From Trichosphaerium sp. ATCC 40318 (taxonomy: Eukaryota; Protista; Tubulinea): a DNA stretch of 64,000 nt. A program made the position numbers and the translations under genes. The notes beneath the pieces are model-generated. The model worked only from the letters and a program-made list of their open reading frames with translations, did not search any database and was not told where the DNA came from. Positions 25,901 to 36,778 of this stretch are shown here, piece after piece (position 1 is the stretch's first letter; each line of letters begins with the position of its first letter). The stretch is taken from assembly GCA_038496445.1 (NCBI GenBank), contig JALMLS010000062.1, positions 186,001-250,000 on the forward strand. The letters run 5' to 3'.

Positions 25901-27436
25901 TCTCTGCTTGAAGTACAACATGTAGCAGTAGGTTCTTTATTCCATATATCAAAACTTGGTACGTCCTAGTACACTTCTGGAAGCGTCACCGTACACTAAC
26001 TTGTATCCTTTTTAAGATAAAAATAAGACTGTTTTGGCTCGGTGTGGGATTTTGCCACTGTGTGCCGCTTGTATACTAGAGTTTGGTAAAGAAGGTATTG
26101 TCCCCCAAAAAGTTAATTTGGTTTGGTTTACTAAGTTCTTGTCTAGATGCTGATAGTGATAATGAGATTATTGTATTCGCTGCAGATGTTATACACCATA
26201 TTGTTACTGTTAAAGATGATTCAAAGGGAGGATTTATTGTTGATTTTTTGAAAGGGTACGACATTTTGCTAGCAAACGAAGTTGTAAAGCAAAAGCCTTC
26301 TTTAAAAGTATGCCAAACGTTAACTTATTTTGTAGTGGAACAGCGAAATTACTCAGTTCAGTATCGCCAACATTACAAAAAGCAACTGGTATACCTACTG
26401 TACGTGTTTAAACAGAAAAAGAAACTTGTTGATAAGCACAAAAACTCAATGTTATTAGATCTTTAGGCATCTACGCAAGGCATCTTTTGGTACGTCTGGC
26501 TTCTGTTGTATCTTCTTATTATGTTTTATTGGGTTTTACTGACTTTTTGAACAAGTTAACGTTGCAGCACATTCGATAGAAACTGTTGATGATGATGCCA
26601 AGAAAAATATGGCGCTAGATTTACCTTATCTTGTTGTTGATACTACTCAAAGACGAAATGTTTTTATTAAGCATGAATGGCTTAAAGTTCTAATAGATCT
26701 CTTAAAAGACAGTAAAACGCGTAAAAGAGCTTGTGATGCATTATTACACGTATTCAAAGACACAATGCTTAAAACATATTTAATGCCTAAAGTATCACCA
26801 AAAAGCATTCAGGATGAGCCTAAGGATATTCTGTTCTCTATTCTTGGACAAGATGGTACTACAGTAGAGATTGAAGCGAGTAAGGATTTGCTTTCTGAAC
26901 GATCAGAATACTTTGCGAAATTATTCGGTTCTCAAATGAGAGAATCATCTGAAGGTATTGTGTACCTTGAACAAGTAGATAGTTGTATTTTTAAACGTGC
27001 TTTGGAATTCTTGTATACGTACACGTTCGAAGAGAAGATAACAGATATTGATGAATGCTATGAGTTAATGGTACCTTCTTTGCTGTTTTGTAGACTTGAC
27101 AAGTTCTATTTAATTTTGATTAAAACGTTACTCAATTTACGTACTGTGTGGCTCACTGGTAGTATTTAGGTATGCGCTGATCGCTTTCAATTGGAAGACT
27201 TGAAGCTCTATTGTGAGTTGTACTTTGCTGATCGTCTAAATCTACAAACTATTGTATCCTTCTATGATTTGGCGATTTGTTTCAATGCAGCGAAGTTGAG
27301 GCTGCTATGTGCTGATTGGTTTTTCACAAACTTGACTTTGTTGTGGGATGACGATGGTAGCGATGTTGGGCTCCAATTACTAGAACTACCCCTATTTGAA
27401 CGTACATTGTTTGCATATTTGAACGAGATTTCATAG
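22961..27436 (+). CDS. Armadillo-repeat protein with C-terminal BTB/POZ(-BACK) domain
   Basis: Repeated NACGALWNL..D.NK..IA..GGI..I exons; BTB motif LLSERSEYFAKLFGSQMRES; about 20 introns; start approximate. Confidence 0.85.
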
Positions 27437-28397
27437 CACGCGCTCCGAATGACTCTGCGCAAAGGACGTATTTGTAAAGGCAACAAACAGTGTTGTATTA
27501 AAATTGTAAAGAACTGACGTCACGCGTTGTTAAATGAGTGTCGTTTTCTTTTTTTTTTTCGTGACTTAGCCAGTTAAGCTGTTACCTGAGTTATTTCCCA
27601 ACTATTTTACATCGGAAGCTGGTCGTTTCTCATTTCGCTTGAAAACAGCACGTTCATGTCATAAGGTATGTCACAGTGATTCCATTGCATCCTTTGTTTT
27701 TGCTTTTATCGATGATGCTTTAAATATTTGCAATCAGCTTAGCGCTTAGTCGCGTTGCGGAAAAACTGGTCTTACCTATGTGAGGTTTCACAAACAAAAC
27801 ATCAGACTATTTTCTACGCGTATAAATATGATTCTTATACTCTTCATAGCACTATACACATACGTCCGACGCGTTCCAGTATGAAAGGGAGGACAAGGTA
27901 AGCGTTTCTCAAGGTACGTCTCAAAGTCTCTCATAACCTGCGCCCAAGCGCATCTGTACATCAATAAACACTATTATACTATTCTTCTCTTGTTATTGTC
28001 AAGGCCTCTATTTTTTAAAACGCCGCACCGCGACTTGGCGTTCTTCAAGCGTTCCAGCTGCGTGCGCGTGTATTACTCTGAACAGAACAGTACGGAGATG
28101 ATGTTCACCGTTGATCGAAGTTTTTTTCTGTCCGTCGCCAACTGCTACTGAGAATAATGCTTTGTAGTCCAAAGGGTTAGGAGTGGTGCCCAGTTTTTTT
28201 CTGATCGTCTACCGTTCTTATGACCAACGTCAATGCTCAGTTCTACCTACAGTAACTAGTTGCATGCAAAACTGATAAGCCGACAAAATTTAATAGACTA
28301 AATGTTGGAACTTTGTTTATTTGAGATGCCGGATGATCCAAAGGCGTTTGTTCTTGCTTCTTTGTTCAAAAAATACCCTCACCCTGAGAGTACTTTT

Positions 28398-28763
28398 TCA
28401 TGTATTCGCTACAACAATCAAATGTCCGCTTTTATTCCATTTTTTGTATACTCCATCTAACTTACCATCGACGTAATTAAACTGTTCCTTCAATTGGCCA
28501 TTGTCATACCACGTCTTACATTCTCCATACAACCTGCCATGATCCCAATACTCTTGACTATGAGCAGAAGAAGACGAACTATTCATCCGAAACTTTAACC
28601 ACTTTCGATGTTTTTTCAAATCCGAATCAAACCTCGTTGTTGATGCTGCCTGCTTAGACAGAAGTGGCCAGATTAAATACACTTTGACGTCAATATCAAT
28701 AATATAAAGTTGTAGCTCCATAGGAAGGCCTAATAAGTGTCCATACTCCGATCTCTGGTTCAT
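28398..28763 (-). CDS. Short F-box-like + MORN-variant repeat protein
   Basis: LLGLPMELQLYI...WPLLSK N-terminus; GECKTWYDNGQLK repeats; paralogue of the adjacent gene. Confidence 0.65.
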   Translation of the reverse strand: MNQRSEYGHLLGLPMELQLYIIDIDVKVYLIWPLLSKQAASTTRFDSDLKKHRKWLKFRMNSSSSSAHSQEYWDHGRLYGECKTWYDNGQLKEQFNYVDGKLDGVYKKWNKSGHLIVVANT

Positions 28764-29400
28764 CTAGGTTTTTTTTGGATGTTAGCTGTAGAAACTTGTG
28801 GTGACGTTCTCCGTGCTAGAAGAACAGAAATAAGGTGTTATTTTTGTTTTCTAAAGTCAAACAGCCAGTAGTTATCTCAAAATGATCTTGATACTGTTTG
28901 TGTAACACTAGTGTTACTGTTATATGCGCTAATTTCAACTAAAGACCTACTTACACTATTTCAAAGAAAGCCACAAAACTGCAAGACTTAATCAAGGCAT
29001 CCATTGCCAATACCCACTACTTGTGTAACAACACTTAGTCACTATTGATAATAGTTGTAACAATCTATCACTGAGGCCGACATGTTGGTTGCCTGAGGTT
29101 TCCGGAGTGCGTCTGCCCTTGATGAATTGATGTTACAAACACGAAAAAAGTTACTTTGCAGAGAAAACGTATGTTTAATACATTAGAACAACCTAGAAAA
29201 AGTTCAAATTGCTAGTAACGTATTAGCACCTAGGCATTGTATTGACTTCCAAAAAGTACCAACACACTGCTACAAATAAATTCAACTTAAGCACACACAA
29301 ACAAGTAGCCTCTTCCCATAACTAGCAAAAACGTAAAAAATACTGAGAAACAACTTTAAGATCTTTGGTTATTTTTGTCAGTTTATGTGCAGTCTAATTA

Positions 29401-31103
29401 TTATTCTACAAGATCACCATTGACGTAGCTACAATGGTTAAGTACTTGTCCATCTGAAGTCCAACTTTTGAACACACCATGTCTCTCACCATTAGAATAA
29501 TATACATTCATATGCAACTGCCCATTATCATACCATGACGTGTACTCTCCTTCATACTTATCATTAGCAAAAAAGCAGTTTATTCTCTTCTGTCCATTCG
29601 GATACCATGCAATGAACTCTCCCTCTCTACATCCGTCCTTATATTGTACCTTAATCTCAATCTTTCCATCAGTAAACCATGTCTTTGATTCTCCTTCCTT
29701 CTTACCACCAACAAAGTAAGATTTCATTTCCATTTGTCCATTCTCATGCCACATCTTACTTTCTCCTTCTCTAACATCTTCAACAAAATTACAATGCTCA
29801 GCAAGTTGTCCATTTTCATGCCAACGTCTATGCTCTCCTTCTCGTTTATCATTAGCATACTGAGATATCTTCCATAACGCTCCACCTTCATGCCACTCCT
29901 TCGCTTCTCCTTCTATTTTTCCTTCTTTATAATGACAATGAAGTGCCAACTGACCATTATCATACCATGTCTTACTAGAGCCATCAAGTAGGTCAAAAGC
30001 ATAAAAAAACTGAACTTTCAATTGACCAGTCTCATACCAAGACTTGCTCTCTCCATGAAGCTTATCATTCACATAACAACTTGTAACTTTCAACTGACCG
30101 CTATCATACCAAGCTTTAAGAATACCTTCTATCTTACCATCAACAAAAACTTGAAGCTGAGATAACTGTCCGTTTCTATGCCACTTCTTTGTTTCTCCTT
30201 CTTGTTTACCTTCAATAAAAAATAAATGTTCTTTCAACTGGCCGTTATCATGCCATTGCTTTGCTTCTCCTTGTATCTTACCTTTACAAGCAAAATACTC
30301 CTCTCTAAGTTGACCATTATCATGCCATTCTTTTCCTTCTCCATCAAGCTTACTATTGACACAATTGAAGTGTTGAACGAGTTGTCCGTTTTTATTCCAT
30401 TTCTTGACTTGACCTTCAATCTTCCCTTTAATATACATTGTCTTTCCTTCTAATTGTCCATTATCATGCCACGTTGTATACTCTCCATCCCGTTCATCAT
30501 TGACATAAGTGAATGTATACTTCAACTTACCATTCTCATGCCATCCTTTCTTTTCTCCTTCTAGTTTACCGTTGATAAAATGAGAAAGTGCCTTTAGATT
30601 TCCATTATCATGCCACATCAAGTACTCTCCTTCACGTTTTCCATTGACATAATTATGCTTAACAATCAATTTACCTTCTTCGTTATACATCTTACACTCT
30701 CCTTCTTTTAAACCTCTAACATATGCGAACTGATCACGTAATTGTCCATTATCATGCCAGTGTTTAAGCTCACCATGAGGTTCACCATGACTCCAATATA
30801 AGTGTAATTTGATTTGCTTTTTCGATGTTTCTTTGTTGACTTTTAGTAGAATCCATTTTCTGTGTTTTTTTAGCTCGCCATCGAACCTCGTCATTTGCGC
30901 CGTGTGTTTTGATAGTAACGGCCACTTTAGATATACCTCGAGGTCTATTTCAGCCATTTCAATGTGTAAATCACTTGGAAGGCTTAAAAGGCTCGTTTTG
31001 GCCCTTCGGTCGGTTTCCGGTATAGTAATCTAGTTGTATGTGCGTTAGGGGATCGAACGTTGGTTTTTAGCGGAAAACAAAGTACCTTGCGTTTAGTCGC
31101 CAT
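29401..31103 (-). CDS. F-box-like + ~19 MORN-variant (YwqK-type) repeat protein
   Basis: Micro-exon MATKRK (ATG 31103), intron, then one long exon with LLSLPSDLHIEM and 24-aa repeats GExKxWHDNGQL. Confidence 0.85.
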
Positions 31104-31784
31104 TCTATACGTAAACTACAATGTGTATGCGAAGAATTCAATGTTTGGACGTATTTGAGCTCCGGTTAGCGTTTTACGAAAATAATGACTGCGGTTGACT
31201 ACAACACGTGCCAAACAATCGCTTGTACGCTGACGTATTTTTGCACTAGGACTTCGACGAGCTTTGTGGTACGCCACAGTTAGGTCTGCATGTAACTTCG
31301 AGGAATCTAGTGCCACCTTTTTAAAACACGTGCTCATTTCATTTGGTGCGCTAAGACATCTGATAAAAACTCAATAAATCTGCAGCCAAATACTTTGTGG
31401 TACTAGCAAGGCACTACCACTGTATTCAATAGTATATTGGTAATTGTTACGGTATAGCTAACACTTTTGTTTACCCGTATTCCCAGTAAAACGGTCATGT
31501 GCAACTGCTGACAGAGAGTGGCTAAAAAGATAACTTCAACGTGTTGCATGACAATCTGTGTGCAATGCTGACATCCCTCATGCGAAGTGATTTACTTGTG
31601 CTAGATTGTTAGTAATGGTTCATATTGTAAGGACTTGTAAGCACTAAGCCATTCACTTTTGTATCGAATATTTTTAGCACGAAGAAAATAAAAATTGTTT
31701 GTGTGGGACAATATTGACATAAGCATAAAGGTAATGCCGCTTTTGGGTGGCTACGTGCCCGCACTGTCCCCTTATCATATACAA

Positions 31785-31859
31785 GCTTCTGTAGCTCAGT
31801 TGGTTTAGAGCGCACGACTGTTAATCGTGAGGTCGTAGGTTCGATCCCTACCAGAAGCG
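31785..31859 (+). tRNA. tRNA-Asn(GTT)
   Basis: Full cloverleaf GCTTCTG...CACGACTGTTAATCGTG...GGTTCGATCC...CAGAAGCG; T-run terminator. Confidence 0.97.
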
Positions 31860-34129
31860 GTCTGTTTTTATTCAGTTTTCTGATGTGTGCAATATCCTTC
31901 ATTTGTACTATCCTGTAACGTTAGTGCCACAATCGCTAACTACAGACTGAAGAGCTGTATTTATTAAGTTCACATGTGATGCAATTAAGATGTGAATACT
32001 AAACACTGTTTTACTATTGCCGATTCTAGCACAATACAGTGTCGCATTAATTGTATAGAGTCACATAATTACTCATCGCTTTTAATAGTGGAGTTATACA
32101 ACCTGAATGGTGAAACTTACAGGGAGATTATATAGCGCGAGAAAATACGTCTCAACTGCACAGAAGGATAGAAACTATTCCAAAGAAAAAAAAAGAAGTA
32201 AATTTAATTTACAACATTAAGTGTGGAAGCACATTTGTTTAAACATTGCTTTTTACTGTGTCTGTTATACAAGATTTTCGCCAAAACAGAGAGAGCCAAT
32301 AATATTCTTTTTGACTTCAAGTACCGCTTGTTTTTTGGGTTTTCTGTTAAAATGAGAATTTCAAAAAAAAAAAGAAGTTGCGTTTGATGTTTGTATGTTA
32401 TGTATGATTGTTAAACCACGTGTGGGTATTGTTCTTTTTTTGTTTTCCTTTTTCTACCTCTTATATCCAAAGGTTTCTGAGTGGGGCGATTTTTTTACAA
32501 AACCGAACACCAACCTCTTCTTTTTACTGTACGTTTGTATGTCATAAGGTAATTGAGCTGTTTTCTATTAAATGCGTTCTTACGCTGTGAGCGTATGTAA
32601 TCTACAGCCTAAGTACACGTGTGAAAAGTACAGAAAGGCAAAAAAAAGGCTTGCGAAACTACAAAAAAGTTCTCAATTTTTTTGCTTGTCTCAAAAGAAT
32701 TCAATTTAAAAAACCCCAAGCGCCTGAAAATGCTTTTCCCGAGCGTCCTATGCATTAAATAGGTACCCGTACTCAGAATTACGGTCGTCCTGAGTAAAAT
32801 CGGCATAATAAAGCCTTAATTACCGACAAAAGCCCGACCGAAACAGAATACAGCTACGTCAGTGCCAAGTGCAAATATTAAAAAAAATAACCCAAAAGGT
32901 TCTATCCTCATAAATTTGATAAAAAAGTTATTTTTTTAGTGTTTTCAAACAAACTGTGCACTACTTGTAAAGGTAGATGTCTATTTCACTAACCTGTAAA
33001 GGATCCATTCCATTCTCTATAAAAGCGATAGCTACAAGCACAGGAGCACGACCAAGGCCAGCCTACAAGAAATGTGTTAGAGATGTAAAGTCTTTGTAAT
33101 TTTCGTGGAGAGTTGAAGTTTGATTTGCTTGTTGACGCTTGGCAATTTTTTTGTTTATTTCTATACTACTAAGAAGCGTATAATTTTGTAGTTTGTAGAT
33201 AACCAAGATGATTTTTTAATTTTTTCAAAAAATTTTTCTAGCGGGCTTGTACCTGACAGTGTACAGCTATAGTCTCCTCAGCGTCATGACCTTTACAGAA
33301 TCTATCGTCTACGAGTTGAATCCACTATTTTAAGAGCCATTAAATCGTAAAAACTTGTAATTTTCGAAAAAAATAATTTCAGTGTTTTTTGGATTTACTG
33401 TTTTTTTTTGTAAAATGTCTCATGCTCGTAGAAAGCAGTTTTTTTTGATCAGTTTTTTAAACGGCAAACGGCTTAATGTTAAAATAGGATGAAATGGGAG
33501 ACTTGGGCGTACATCGCGTATTAGTTGTGGGTCTGGTGTTGCGCCATCGGCAAAGACCATAGGCTATGCCATTGTCAACGTAAACACGAACGACATTTTG
33601 TTTTTTGTTACCACAACCGTAATGCCATTATTTTCTATAACAGATTGGTCGTACTCCTCTTCTGATGCGCGTACAAGCGTTGAAACAGAGTTTTTTTCGA
33701 GTTCCTGCCATTATTATTAACCACGGTTAATTTTACAAACTTAGAGCTCGTACGTTCGCAAACTGCTTCATCTGGGAGTTGGCAGGCGCAGCCATGATAA
33801 GAAATCTCCTATCCTTGTTTTAAAATTTACTGGGCCTTAATTTGAACTAGTACCTATCACCATCGTCGACTAAAGTAGACATGACTGCTTTTACCTCATG
33901 TCCAAAATTCGCTACAAAAAGTTTTGACCAAAGTTTGACTTTTGTGAAGCGAATTATCCAATGTTCCAAAAATAATGTCACGTGGGTACTCACCATTTAA
34001 GAAAACAGAGGAAACGCTGCTGTATTTAGGTGTTGTGAATTGTTGTAGTGCGTAACGTGTACGCTAGAGTATTGGAACCTACACAGAGTGTATCAACACA
34101 TACTTTCAGGAAACTGAATAAAAACAGAC

Positions 34130-34204
34130 CGCTTCTGGTAGGGATCGAACCTACGACCTCACGATTAACAGTCGTGCGCTCTAAACCAACTGAGCTACAG
34201 AAGC
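34130..34204 (-). tRNA. tRNA-Asn(GTT)
   Basis: Reverse complement of the 31785 gene. Confidence 0.97.
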
Positions 34205-34575
34205 TTGTATATGATAAGGGGACAGTGTGGGCACGTAGCCACCAAAAAGCGGCATTATCTAACTCTGTGCTCCTACTCTAAGATTGTACTCATTTTTTTG
34301 AATTTCATTGGTTAGGAAAAAAATCACGTGGGAAAATAGATGTTACCAACTGAGAAACTTCGTCACTAAAGGGCAGCCTGACATTTTATTGGTGACAGCT
34401 ACAGCGTAACTAACACTTTTCTACCTCTACGCTCCGGGAAAATGATCATTGAACGTCATTAAGATATTTATTAAGGTCAATTAACTCCTGGGTACCAAAA
34501 AATAGAGTGTTTAATGGTCGTTGTGTGCTGTGAACGTTTTAGCTAGCTTTACTATTGTGTTCTTATAAAGCTGCT

Positions 34576-36414
34576 ATGAAATCTCTTCTATTGGTTCTCT
34601 TTGGAGTTTGCCTTGTTACTGGCATTGTCGTCTACAACAGGGACAGGTACTGAGGGAGCTTCATCTCCATACTACTCTTGTGAGCTCTTTCTCAAACTCG
34701 TAAAGGGGGAGGTATACTCTAGGGAATAGTGGTGATTTTAGTATGTTTCAACAGTATTTGAATAACCAAAATATTCCTTGGAGAGTACCGGCCAATCAAG
34801 TACTTTAACATTTATTTCAAGCCTACACCACGTGGCTTACATTCGATAGTTTATTACAGCAGATATGCCGATAGATGAGATATTTGCTCCATTTGCCTTC
34901 AGGCACGAAGAAGAGGAAGTAGCGCCGTTTCTACAGTTTATAGCACGAGGTAAGGTTTCTTCTTACAATTCGAAGACGTTTGTAATTATGTTTTCAGGTG
35001 GAAGAGCTCTTCTAAATTGTGGAACAAGCAGCGAAGGTCTCTGTAGCGATTTTGGTAATTTATTTTAGAAAACTTGATAATCTAAAAAGCTAAAACCACG
35101 TGACGTGGTATTACATTCTGACATTCTGGAAACCTTATCCACTTCTTCGAACCCACTAGTTCTGTTCTTAAACTGTTTTTTAGCTATGTTTGGTTATTCA
35201 TCTCTTAATCCATCGGACCCTGAGTTCAACGTACTGCCTAAATACGAAATAGTAATTTTTTTTCTAAAACACGATTAGAAAATATCTTCAACGCCACCTG
35301 TTTGGTTCAGCAATATCTTTGGGCACTTTACACTTACCCCTACGCCTTTGTTCGATGTAACCGTACTCAGCACGTTGACATATGATGGCACGACTTACAA
35401 CGTTGTTGTTGAAGTGACACATGGTATTTTCGACAAACGAACATTTTTGATCACTTACGGAGCTTAGGTTTGGGTTCTTTCATTGCTATTGGAGATCCAG
35501 GATTTCTACTGAATTCGAACTACAATACAGATGCTGGACGCTTTGTTGTAAATATGCTTGAACGGCTCAACCCTATTCCACCGACTAGACCGCCTACTAG
35601 ACCACCTACTAGACCACCTACAATACCACCATCGACACTTTCGCCTACAACTAGTCCACCAACAATGACGCCAACTCGACCACCTACAACGCCACCATCG
35701 ACGCTTTCGCCTAGTACTAATCAACCAACAAGGCCACCAAGCAGTTGTGAAAGTAAATATACAAGAGCAAAATGTGTTGATGGTACAGTTTTAGAAATAC
35801 TTGATACAGTGGTACTTACTTTAATCAAAGGCTATTTTATAATTGAGACTGATACTACCATTGTGTTGCTTACAGGATCACCAATTGTATTGGTTCAAAA
35901 TACTACAACAGGGCGTGTACCAGTAATCACGCTAGACAGTACAGTTTTGTTATTTTCACTGCGTATAACTAACGTTCTCCACTCAGGGTGTATCGTTGAA
36001 ACAAACATCACCATCGATCTGAAGGAAGAAATAGAAGTTGGCAATACGAAGATTCACTTCCTAACTGTAAACGACACTCTTTGTGAAGAGGATTTCGAGA
36101 TTGATGTGGATGTACCGTATGATGACAATGACTGTCGAACTGTTTCATACTCGCAAGAGAACAATGATGGCGAGTTATCTCTTGTATTCAGTGTATCAGA
36201 TGTTTGTCAATCCGCTTCATTCCCTATGGCAGTTGCCATATCATTACCAATTATTGTCATAATTGTTGTATTGGTAGTTGTACTGATTATAATCTTTTTT
36301 CAACGTCAACACCAGTCACTAGACAGGTTCGTTTTCTTGCATTTTAGCACCTTACTACCCCTCTCAATTCTTATTAGAGTAATGAAAGACTACAGAAAAG
36401 AGACAAATCAATAA
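34576..36414 (+). CDS. Membrane glycoprotein family, copy E
   Basis: ATG 34576, signal peptide, PPTR repeats, tail RVMKDYRKETNQ. Confidence 0.85.
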
Positions 36415-36778
36415 CGGCCAATTTAGTCATGTTGTAAAAAAAATTATAGTGGCAAGGTGTTCTTCACGTGAATTGACTAAATGTAATTACCACCGCAACC
36501 TGACGTTTCTTGTAAGTTTACAACTACCTTTGGTCAATAATAGACTTTTATTGTTATGTACGGGCTATAAAGATAACTGATATTGTGATTGTGATTGCAT
36601 GCGAACAGTCTTTCTATCAATCAACATAGAACACAGTATACTACATTCCTTCGGTTTCAACACCAATGCGATAAATGGTTTATGTGGCTACAGGGCCTAA
36701 CATGGCGTAATGGGAAGGAGAAATGTGGCATTAGTGAGAAAACAGCTTTTTATTATTGTGATAATCTTGAAGTTAAAT

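Larger units (their letters stand above)
31732..34257. repeat. ~152-bp inverted repeat (31732-31883 / 34106-34257) carrying convergent tRNA-Asn genes around a 2.2-kb ORF-poor spacer
   Basis: Reverse-complement identity extends ~50 bp upstream and ~25 bp downstream of the tRNAs. Confidence 0.9.

Noticed and set aside
1731-35724. Gly/Val-rich and other short ORFs in the track (e.g. 1731-1988, 7125-7331, 18439-18663, 20074-20331, 21323-21670, 35506-35724)
   Set aside because: Antisense or off-frame shadows of Pro/Thr-rich or acidic exons of real genes.
35780-36380. Single 314-aa ORF in copy E as an intronless exon
   Set aside because: Paralogue comparison shows three short introns that happen to be in frame and stop-free.
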